Of a DNA stretch of 14,268 nucleotides, positions 1-9,170 are shown in pieces. The DNA is from Octopus sinensis (Eukaryota): the NCBI RefSeq assembly GCF_006345805.1, contig NW_021825823.1, forward strand, positions 1 to 14,268, in the 5' to 3' direction. The notes below the pieces were generated by a model. That model was not told the DNA's origin. It did not search any database and saw only the letters and a list, made by a program, of their open reading frames with translations. The position numbers were made by a program, and so were the translations under genes. Numbering within the stretch: position 1 is the first letter of the stretch; each line of letters starts with the position of its first letter.

Positions 1-371
1 TTAGTATTAGTGTATTTCTCTTAGTTACTGCAATGTTTAATGACAAGGGCGACAGTCAGGAGATGAAGAGAGGAGGATAACAAGGGTAACAGCAACAACA
101 GCGTCAACATCAACAATACCAGCAATTACGAAATATTCTGAGTAGGATGTCGTGAGTAGCCGAAATGTTGAATAAAGACAAGCAATCTTATTTATTGATT
201 TCCGTTTAGAGATTAGTGTTGATAATGAATAGTTTAGACTTAAATTTTTGGGCCTGCTATCTGTCCGATTCACATGTTAGCATGACTGTTGAAAACATCA
301 TAATCAAAAAACCGAATATATTGGACAGGCATTCATGACAGTCAATAGCGCCGGAATGAAGTAGAGGCCAC

Positions 372-470
372 AGTTGTTGTTGATGTTTTTGTTGTTGTCG
401 GTAGTGGTTTTGATATTGTTGATGTTGTTGGTGGTGGTGATGATGATAATGGTGATGACGGTGAGGTTGT
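372..470. repeat. Degenerate trinucleotide low-complexity tract (GTT/GAT/GGT)n
   Basis: Direct reading: gttgttgttgatg...gttgttggtggtggtgatgatgataatggtgatgacgg. Confidence 0.85.
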
Positions 471-1032
471 GAGTGTCGGAGGGAAGGAATCTAAGATGGC
501 GGTGGGCTGAGGTGAACGATTCTGTTAGATCTTTTAAATTGGCCCGGTCACTGAATATTGATGAAAATATTTATTTTGGTTATCTTGTAACCTCATGCAA
601 TTATGACGCGAGGTTTGTTAGAATTTTTTTTCTTCCTTTTTTTTAATCTTCAGACACAACAGTCAATAGCCACAATTAGGAACCCAACGATTCCTCGCCA
701 ACCACCCAAAATGTATTGTTGCCATGTCTATTTTTTTTTTCTTTATTTCTGATAGTTGTTTTTGATTTTTTTAAGAATCCGACCTCTATATTTAGATATA
801 AATAAATAGCAGTCTGGCAGTTTGTCTTTAATATTGGATATAGCAATAATTTTGTTGAATCAAAATAGAATTCCTTTCATACTGGCGACGCTTATATATA
901 TATATATTTTATTTCACTACACTTTTGCGGTCTATTCTCATATATTTACGAGACGTGTAAATGTAACCAAAAACTACATTTCCAAATTGGATTTCCCTCC
1001 AAACACCAATCACGCACGCACATCAGTTTTAA

Positions 1033-1112
1033 CACCAATACCACCACTACCACCACCACCACCACCGCTACCACTACCACCATCAATATAACTGTCAGTG
1101 TCATCATCATTG
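1033..1112. repeat. Degenerate (CCA/CAC)n-(CAT)n trinucleotide tract
   Basis: caccactaccaccaccaccaccaccgctaccactaccaccatc...tcatcatcat. It accounts for the poly-P and poly-V ORFs in the track. Confidence 0.85.
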
Positions 1113-1341
1113 GTGTCATCGTGTCACCTTTGTTATTCTCATTCTTATTGTTCGTTTTTTCTTTTTTTACTTTTGGTTTACATCTTGTAACCCTAGGTCT
1201 AAAGTATGGGCTTTGGGTACTACGCAAAATCTGTTACTTCTCTGTTCACGTTGCCCAGAATAGAATGGTTAACCTTTCCGTTCCTTTCCCTTCATGATAA
1301 CTCCTTGTTTTCCAGTGATTACTGGAATTATTTCGGGCGTT

Positions 1342-1372
1342 TATATATATATATAATATATATATATATATA

Positions 1373-1403
<31 letters not shown>
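1342..1403. repeat. (TA)n microsatellite
   Basis: Direct reading. Confidence 0.95.
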
Positions 1404-1825
1404 GGTTCATAGATGAGACCCAGTGTTCTCCGCATGGCATGCACTGGTAGTGCTGAAAATAATCAAACGTGAGTGGGTATAGAAGCGAATTTGGGGAAAA
1501 GCAAATTGGGACAGATCAATATATACATTATATAAAATACATGCAATACAAAATATGTCCAACTTGCACAGTGTACAGATTAAATAGAATATCGTTTGAG
1601 ATCTTAAAGCAGAGATCTCAAATATATGTTCTCTTCCTTGAAGACGAAGGCTCACGCATCCTATGTTAAATTCATCCATACGGCTCCATTCTCTGGTGGG
1701 ATTAATCTACAAACATTATTATGGATCACCAAGCCTCCAGAAACAGCTGTTGGGTTTGTAATACTTTTCTTCCGCCCCTTTAATTTTCTACATCATTCGT
1801 ACACTGTGTAAGTTGGACCTTTTCA

Positions 1826-2045
1826 TATGTATATATATATGATCTGTCTAATTTGCTTATCACTATATCCGCTTCTATACATATGTATGTATGCATGTAT
1901 GTATGTATGTATGTATGTAGTATGTATGTAGTATGTATGTATGTATGTACGTATGTACGTATGTATGTATGTATGTATGTATGTATGTATGTATGTATGT
2001 ATGTATGTGTGTATGCATACAAGCATGCACGCGCACATGCATACA
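1826..2045. repeat. Compound (TA)n/(TATG)n microsatellite
   Basis: Long tatgtatgtatg run with a few tacg and tgca variants. Confidence 0.95.
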
Positions 2046-2194
2046 TAATTACATGCACAATTAACTCTCTGAGTCTTTAACATCATAAATTTATATATAT
2101 ACATATTAGCCTATGACATAAGCACAGGACATTTATTATATGCAAATGTCCTGAGACAATTGCATATAATATTTGCAAATACGCTGACACACAA

Positions 2195-2288
2195 ATATAT
2201 GTATGTGTGCTATTGTGCGTGTGAGTATGTGTCTGTGTGTGCGTGTCTTTCTCTGTTTGTGTGTGTGTCTGTTTCTGGTTATTTATGT

Positions 2289-2319
<31 letters not shown>

Positions 2320-2320
2320 G
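2195..2320. repeat. Degenerate (TG)n/(TA)n microsatellite
   Basis: Direct reading. Confidence 0.9.
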
Positions 2321-2622
2321 TAAATTATATTGCCTACTCAAGTTACAAATTTACATAATTAATCTTAACGTCTATCCGACATAGTTAAATTTGTGTTGCT
2401 TTTCCCCCCAATATATTTAACAAGCCATTGTACACATGTTACTTTTTGTCAAATTGTTTTACATTTTTTTTACCTTATATTTTAGTGAACGTATTGCTGA
2501 ATACAAACAACAGCACACGAAGGACAATGTGTAACCTTAGAAATGTATTTGTCTTTCATTATTCAATTCTTTTTGTGTACCGGTCATGTCAACATATCGA
2601 TCATATAAATTTCATTGACACT

Positions 2623-3060
2623 TATATATATATATAATATTATATATATATTATATGTAATGTTTGTATGTGTGTGTGTATGTGGAAGTATGTGTTTAAA
2701 TATGTATGCATGTATGTATATATTATATGTGTGTTTATATATAAATGTATATTTACGCACACATATACATGTAAGATACATATATACATACAAATACACA
2801 CACATGTGCGCGCACACACACATACATATATACATTTATATGCACACATATTCATATATTCGTTTATATAAGTATATGTTATATATATATATATATATAT
2901 ATATAAATGCTTACGTATACATACATATATATATACATATCTATATATGTACATAAATGTACATCTACATATAAGTGTATTTATATAAGTATACGTATAT
3001 ATAAATATATGTATATATACACACATATATATATATATGTATATATAAATATGTGGATAC

Positions 3061-3111
<51 letters not shown>

Positions 3112-3189
3112 TATCTATAAGTATATATCTGTATATAAACATATAAGTGTATATATATATAATATATATATAGTGTATATATATATCTA

Positions 3190-3236
<47 letters not shown>

Positions 3237-3270
3237 TATAATACACATATATATAATTTGTTATACATAT
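2623..3270. repeat. Long degenerate (TA)n/(TG)n/(CA)n low-complexity block
   Basis: About 650 nt made almost entirely of alternating purine-pyrimidine dinucleotides. Confidence 0.95.
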
Positions 3271-3906
3271 GAAGAAGATATCTGTATTCCGCTTCACCAC
3301 TTCCATCCTATGTATAAACCCGAACAACACACGACGGAAACCTTAAAAGTCGCTATAGATGCTAAGAGATCATAATCTCGGATGATCTTTCATGCCGACC
3401 GATCCAACATATTTTATCAAAGACCAATCTCTTGGACTTGAGGCTAAAATCTTATTCAGCTCTGATCAATCGCTAAAACCTATTCAAACATCAAGCAAGT
3501 CCGACAAATATGATGGTGATGCTGTTAAACACACACATACATAGATATACCAAGATTGTATCCAATAACATGGCATTCATTTGATTCGAAAGACTCACTC
3601 ACCAGCATGGTATAAACACTGGATCAAATACACGTTGTTTCTTTCCCGTGTCATTTCATATGCTACAACTAGACTTTGCTGGAATTCCTTGCATGAACTA
3701 TGAAACTGCTGCTTACTGCCTCAATGCAAATCCTTCGATGAGCCAACTGAATCCCAAATGTAATACCGGCTTTATTACATTCTGTAACTTTAGCACTGAC
3801 CAATCTATATTTTTCCATCATTCTTTTTATTATCATGTAGCACTAGCCGACAGAAGTTCGAACATCATGAACTGTATCAATGTTGGCACTTGATTTTTAT
3901 TCCATA

Positions 3907-3907
<1 letters not shown>

Positions 3908-3976
<69 letters not shown>

Positions 3977-4165
3977 CTGTGTGTGTGTGTGTGTGTGTAT
4001 TTCATACATGCATATATATTTTTTGTGTATGTATGTATGTATGTGTATGTATATATGTATATATATGTATGTATGTATATATGTATGTATGTATGTGTGT
4101 GTGTATGTATGTATGTATGTATGTATGTATGTATGTATGTATAGAGTGTATGTATGTATGTATAG
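3908..4165. repeat. Compound (TA)n-(TG)n-(TATG)n microsatellite
   Basis: Direct reading. Confidence 0.95.
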
Positions 4166-4387
4166 AGTGTTCATACATTATTTTTACAACTTCCGCGGTT
4201 TATTGTATCTTTTTAAGTTGAGTTCCATCTATCAACATTTTTGCAAAAATGGCACCCACGTGGAAGTATTCCGATGTTTCTGATAAAACTTATTCGTTTT
4301 CCAATAAACTCTGCCAAGAGCTATCCTTATCTTTTCAGTTTCTTTCTGAATTTTTTCAAATTATAATGGAAATTTATGGACATCTTG

Positions 4388-4422
4388 TATATACATACAT
4401 ACATAGACAGACAGACACAGAC

Positions 4423-4509
<87 letters not shown>

Positions 4510-4520
4510 TACATACATAC
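4388..4520. repeat. Compound (CATA)n-(GACA)n-(GATA)n-(CATA)n tetranucleotide array abutting the RTE 3' end
   Basis: Direct reading. Confidence 0.95.
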
Positions 4521-5069
4521 ATTTATTTATGCACCCAGGCCTATTCAACATTTTTTGGGAGGGGTAGCCACAAGACACCCGCCTGGCATTCCATTCATTT
4601 TCCATCTCAAATACTCGAGCCCCGTTCTATGCTCGGGTCAAGGCATAGAACGCAACCCCCAATATCAGCAGCGAGACCCGACAGCATTTGCTCGTTTACC
4701 CTCGCAGCATCATGCCGGTTTGAGCAACATCAAATCCACTCATCCGTCCACAAACACTCTCCAAGCTTTCCTATCATTTATAAACTCTCCTTGCCTCTCT
4801 CACTCCAACACCTCTAATTACCAAAGCTTTCCTCACTCCATCCATCCGCCTCTGCCTCTGGCTCTGCTTCCTACCACTTCTGCCTTCATCACTCTCCTTA
4901 CCATCCGCTCCTCATCCATCCTCTCCATGTAGCCAAACCACCTCAACTTTCGTCTATCCATTTTGGCTGGTAGTTTTTCTCTCATTTCTGCTCGCCTTCG
5001 CACCTCCTCATTCCTCATCCTGTCCATCCGTGTCACACCCGCAACCATAGCCCTTAGACATCTCATCTA
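4521..5069 (-). mobile_element. 5'-truncated RTE-clade non-LTR retrotransposon (ORF C-terminus plus 3' UTR)
   Basis: The minus strand encodes [25 protein letters not shown]...RKLRWFGYMERMDEERMVRRVMKAEVVGSRARGR, then after frameshifts RMDGVRKAL...EARRV/INDRKAWRVFVDG*. This is the characteristic RTE post-RT C-terminus (MRCLR..RNEE..LRWFGH.ERM..GRP..RW.D.V..DR..WR). A ~220-nt UTR follows and ends in TAAATAAAT and tetranucleotide repeats. Confidence 0.9.
4740..5066 (-). pseudogene. RTE reverse-transcriptase ORF C-terminal remnant with two frameshifts
   Basis: Track ORF 4833-5066 plus manual continuation to the TGA at 4742-4740, with frameshifts near 4850 and 4785. Confidence 0.88.
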
Positions 5070-5070
5070 A

Positions 5071-5103
5071 GCATACATACATACATACATACATAATACA
5101 TAC

Positions 5104-5162
<59 letters not shown>

Positions 5163-5163
5163 C

Positions 5164-5203
<40 letters not shown>

Positions 5204-5282
5204 ATACATATATATAAACATATAATACATATATATAAATATATATATATATATATTATATATATATATATATATATGTTAT

Positions 5283-5343
<61 letters not shown>

Positions 5344-5362
5344 AATATATTACATATATATA
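5071..5362. repeat. (CATA)n then long degenerate (TA)n microsatellite
   Basis: Direct reading. Confidence 0.95.
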
Positions 5363-5489
5363 AAATCGAAATGAGGGTGAAAAATTTGATAACATCAATT
5401 TTAACACCAGTGGTCTAGTATATAAAAAACTGAGATTCAGTAAATAGTATTTTATACATAAATATAAAATTCCCTCTTATATATATAGA

Positions 5490-6024
5490 CAGGGTGACAC
5501 AAAAGAAAAACAGAACCCGTATATATTTTATTAAATCCTACAAAGATCCAGCAAATTTCTTGAAATTTGCTGGACTTAAACTTCTGTCTGTGTACGATAA
5601 TTCCCTTTGCATAAAAGTCATATTCTTTTCAAAATATGCTCAAAATGGCGTACGTCTCGCAAACACTTGCATACTTCGCGCAGAATTGTCAATTACTCGA
5701 ACATATTCCTTTTGGGATTTCTGCTGTGATTGCTGCCTTCAGTTCAGCAGTCGTTTGAATGTTGTTCTGGTAAACGTCATCGTTGAGATACCCCCACAGA
5801 TAAAAATTTGAGGGATTCCAGTCCGGTAAATGCTGTACCCACTCAACGCCACACTTCCTGCTGATCACTCTCTTCTTAATTCGGTCTCTCAGCCAAGCTA
5901 GGGAGTAATTTGATGCGTGCGGTGGGGTGGCCCCGTCTTGCTGGAACCACTGTTCATCTCGATTTATCCCTCTGCGTTTTTTTTTATTCAAGCAGTTTTA
6001 TTCAAAGGTTTGTGGGTTCTGTTT
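5490..6024 (-). mobile_element. Tc1/mariner-superfamily DNA transposon relic, DD41D (rosa/Visitor-type), transposase C-terminal part only
   Basis: Terminus CAGGGTGACACAAAAGAAAAACAGAACCC at 5490-5518. Transposase motifs WFQQDGATP(P)H, ISR..VEW..HLPDWNPSNFYLWGYL..VY. The far boundary is uncertain and was placed at an 11-nt inverted match, 6014-6024. Confidence 0.85.
5618..5991 (-). pseudogene. DD41D-type transposase C-terminal fragment
   Basis: 42 residues lie between the QQD aspartate and the third catalytic position, which now reads N. Discounting the extra P in ATPPH gives 41. The frameshifted tail reads EYVRVIDNSARSMQV.../HFEHILKRI* with the stop at 5620-5618. Confidence 0.88.
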
Positions 6025-6259
6025 GTTTGGTGGTGGGATCGAGCTCGAAAATACTTGTGATCTAAAAAAAACTGTAAATACAAAAGCATGCTTTAGTTAA
6101 CTACGTGCGCTCCGAGTATTTATTATAACTGGTCATAGAATAATAAAAAGTAATAATCATCCCTCAACACTGATAGGATAGATACTAATTGTTTTTATCT
6201 ACATGGCCATTGTGGCAATTTGCTTCATGAAATCCACAACTACCATACATGCTCTGGAA

Positions 6260-6436
<177 letters not shown>

Positions 6437-7613
6437 CTAGCCGCATAGCCCGGCGTTGCCCGGGTATGTAAGAAACTTTGTCAATAAGCAATGCCCTTTA
6501 CCTTTTTACCCTTTTTTGTAATCATTGAACCGTTATTTTGTAAAATCATGGTCGATCTCAAAGTGATATGGTTTTGTCGATTTCTCCCAATACTTGTTAA
6601 CTGCATTGACAAAAGGTAGTTAGTTTGATATTTAATGCAAACTTGATGTCCAACATCGGTGTAGGGAAAATCTATGTGAATTTTCAAAAAATATCGCAGA
6701 AAAATCGGTTTGCTATGTGTGCCACATATGATTTAATTAACCGATTTTTTCCAATAATGTATCATATTGGAATAAAAAGGGCTATATAGCTTCTTGGAGC
6801 AGACATGATGCTCGCTGTGAATAAAATAAAAAATTCCTGCCAATTTGTGAAAGATATTGTCGAAAATATGTCATCTTGAATTTGAACGCGATTCGCCAAA
6901 ATGGCATGATTTTATCGATTGTTTCTGATGGTAAGGTATTGCATGGAAAACTAACGTCAGAATTGAGTTTCTTAGGGTAACATTAAGCTTCCCCGTGAGT
7001 TTTGTGAAAATCGATTGCAAGTTGCGAAAACTACCATAGATAATGTGTTGCATATAAAAAGCTTAAATTCTCGACCCCATGCCGAGTTTATCGATTTTGT
7101 AGGTTGCAATGTCTTGTCTTCACTCGAATACTTCTGTGTATACGATGTTCCTAGCTGTCCGTTTGGGCGAAAACATGAAAACATCATTGCGCCTCCCAAC
7201 GCGTGAACAGCCCACGTAGAGTTGACCGTGGGCGAAGCACTGTTCGCCCAACTGTAACCCAGCGACTTGTAGCATTTGGCCTTGGTATTTATTGATGGAC
7301 ATTGCGAAGCAGAGTTTAACAGGAAACTGAGAACGCCTGAAGTGGATTGGTAGGTCAGAGTTAAAAAGGCCGAGTTGCGTCCCCTAGACAGTCTGTGGTT
7401 TGTGTTTCTGATTCTCGACCCCATGTCGAATTTATCAATTTTTTTCAGAACTGGGGGAACTTTTCAAAATTTTCGCTGCGTTAGTTTTGAATTATGAGAT
7501 TGGGCTATGTGTGTGTCAAGTTTCATCAGAATCGGTTGAAAGCCGTGGTCAGAGTGAGGGTACAACCAAACAGACACACAGAAACACACACAGACAAACT
7601 GCCGTTTATATAG

Positions 7614-7614
<1 letters not shown>
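6437..7614 (-). mobile_element. Non-autonomous Helitron (1178 bp) with both termini
   Basis: The minus strand starts TC (7614-7613, TCTATATAAACGGCAG) after a target A at 7615. It ends with the GC-rich hairpin CCCGG-GCAACG-CCGGG (6464-6449), 8 nt of spacer and CTAG (6440-6437), followed by a target T at 6436. This is the canonical A|TC...hairpin-CTAG|T structure with no TSD. A PIF1 helicase fragment lies inside. Confidence 0.93.
7120..7359 (-). pseudogene. Helitron RepHel PIF1-family helicase C-terminal fragment (79 aa, uninterrupted)
   Basis: SDLPIHFRRSQFPVKLCFAMSINKYQGQMLQVAGLQLGEQCFAHGQLYVGCSRVG...RNIVYTEVFE* matches PIF1 motifs V and VI (FPV.LAFAMTINKSQGQ; FSHGQLYVA.SRV) and the Helitron terminal NIVY.E motif. 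Confidence 0.93.
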
Positions 7615-7687
<73 letters not shown>

Positions 7688-7691
7688 CTTA

Positions 7692-7944
7692 TAGTAATGC
7701 GCCTTCTAAAGCCAAGCCAGGCTCATGGGCTCGGTTTCCCGGTTTGTATGGCGTATGTATTCCCCAGCTGGACGGAACGACAGTCCATTGCAGCGTTACT
7801 CATTTTTGCCAGCTGAGTGGACTAGAGCAACGTGAAATAAAATGTTTTGCTCAAGAAAGCAACGCATCGCCCGGTCCAGGAATTGAAACCACAATCTTAC
7901 GATCATGATGCCGACACCCTAACCACTAAGCCACGCGCCTCCAC
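7692..7944 (-). mobile_element. tRNA-derived SINE (here SINE-A)
   Basis: Minus-strand head GTGGAGGCGCGTGGCTTAGTGG with A box TGGCTTAGTGG (7933-7923) and B-box-like GGTTTCAATTCC (7890-7879). A central domain and short tail follow. The copy is flanked by microsatellites. Confidence 0.85.
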
Positions 7945-7972
7945 ATACACACACACACACACACACACACAT

Positions 7973-8004
<32 letters not shown>

Positions 8005-8086
8005 ATTATTTATATTTATATATCTATTTGAGTTTGTGTGTGCATGAATGTATATACATACAAATGTATATGTCGCTATTAATTGT

Positions 8087-8123
<37 letters not shown>

Positions 8124-8127
8124 TATA

Positions 8128-8176
<49 letters not shown>

Positions 8177-8400
8177 CATAATAACAAAGTAATAAGATAT
8201 TCTGTCATGAACTTCATTAGCTTAAAGCGGTTCCTTTTCTAAGATGCAATGCACTCACGGTTGAGTGCATTTCATGTCTTGCGTATTCTCCACTCGACAT
8301 ACACACACACACACACACACATTCGCACATATGTATGCGTACTTGCAGAAGTGCACCTACACACACACACACTCACATTTATATATACACAATATACACA
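7945..8400. repeat. Interspersed (CA)n, (TA)n, (TG)n and (GA)n microsatellites
   Basis: Direct reading. Short unique spacers separate the arrays. Confidence 0.85.
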
Positions 8401-9170
8401 CAAGATGCGTGGAGTATTTGCGGTTTCATAATTGTATACATATGACTTAAAACCAATTAAAAGTATTTTGTTTCTTTCTGACCCCTTCGGCAGATAAAAT
8501 GCTAACACATCAAATGAGACGACACCCAATCGTTGCTGCTGTATGTGCAAGAGACAGAGATTTAGAAATTGCCATCTTTCTAAATGTTGCAAGATCTTTT
8601 ATGCACAAAATTCGGATCTACTTAGAATCTATTTCGCTGGAAATATTTCAACTGGATCAATGAAAAAAAAATGTTCTTAAACTTCGGATGCTATGATAAC
8701 ACTGCAATTTATTCAACATGCTCAAAACGACCCGAAAAGTCAATGAAGGCAATGGTCAAAGAACATCGGATGGGGGAATGGACTATCAGAACTATTCTGT
8801 ACAAGGACATTCGATACGCATCGTATGTGTTGAGGAGAGGCCAATTCTAGTGTGCCAAGACATAGCAAAACGGTTTCATCTGTAACAAGGGGTGATATGA
8901 CAACGCAAAAACCCTCACGAACTTAGCATGCTGAAACAAGTAAAAGAGTAAAAGAGGTAAAAGAAAACTTGCCGTGGATGGCCTTACTTATTTTAAAAGA
9001 ACTCAGCTTCTTCTCACAGAAACCACTTAACCAAAGAATGGATGTCTGACAATTTTCAGGATCATGTCACAGTAAATTTTTAACTGCCAAATCTCGCTGG
9101 ATTTAGATTCGAAGGACTACTTGTTTGGAGCGCCGTTGAAGGGGAGACTAGCCGACATCCTCACCATAGC

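Noticed and set aside
300-530. Minus-strand frames reading as S/T/P-rich (mucin-like) or H/Q-rich (transcription-factor-like) peptide
   Set aside because: All three frames stay open across the trinucleotide repeat, so the composition comes from the repeat. There is no ATG and the splice acceptor is poor.
575-585. TTTGGTTATCT, identical to miR-9 nt 3-13
   Set aside because: The seed differs, the 3' half diverges and no matching star arm exists.
1311-1326. Small hairpin TCCAGT-GATT-ACTGGA resembling the SINE-B hairpin near 10718-10733
   Set aside because: It is too short and the flanks do not align, so I cannot call it a SINE remnant.
4623-4681. HDV-like ribozyme reading of the RTE pseudoknot
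   Set aside because: There is no room for P3/L3 between the P2 and P1 strands (3 nt only) and no P4 or catalytic J4/2. RTE-associated HDV-like ribozymes are known from 5' ends.
4555-4932. 125-aa plus-strand ORF
   Set aside because: It is an antisense shadow of the RTE ORF and UTR with no recognisable domain.
5366-5418. Possible mini-Helitron (A|TC...CTAG|T)
   Set aside because: There is no GC-rich hairpin at the proper distance from CTAG, and the terminal motifs are too short to be diagnostic.
6972-7424. 150-aa minus-strand ORF, with overlapping plus-strand ORFs
   Set aside because: These are alternative frames over the Helitron helicase fragment. Only the 7120-7359 frame has recognisable motifs.
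7523-7529. CTGATGA hammerhead core on the minus strand
   Set aside because: No stem II followed by GAAA and no stems I/III can be built. It is part of the common Helitron motif CCGATTYTGATGAAACTTG.
7860-7944. tRNA-like sequences here and at about 10780-10869, 11260-11335 and 12225-12297
   Set aside because: The A and B boxes are present but there is no full cloverleaf, and SINE bodies follow. They are SINE heads, not tRNA genes.
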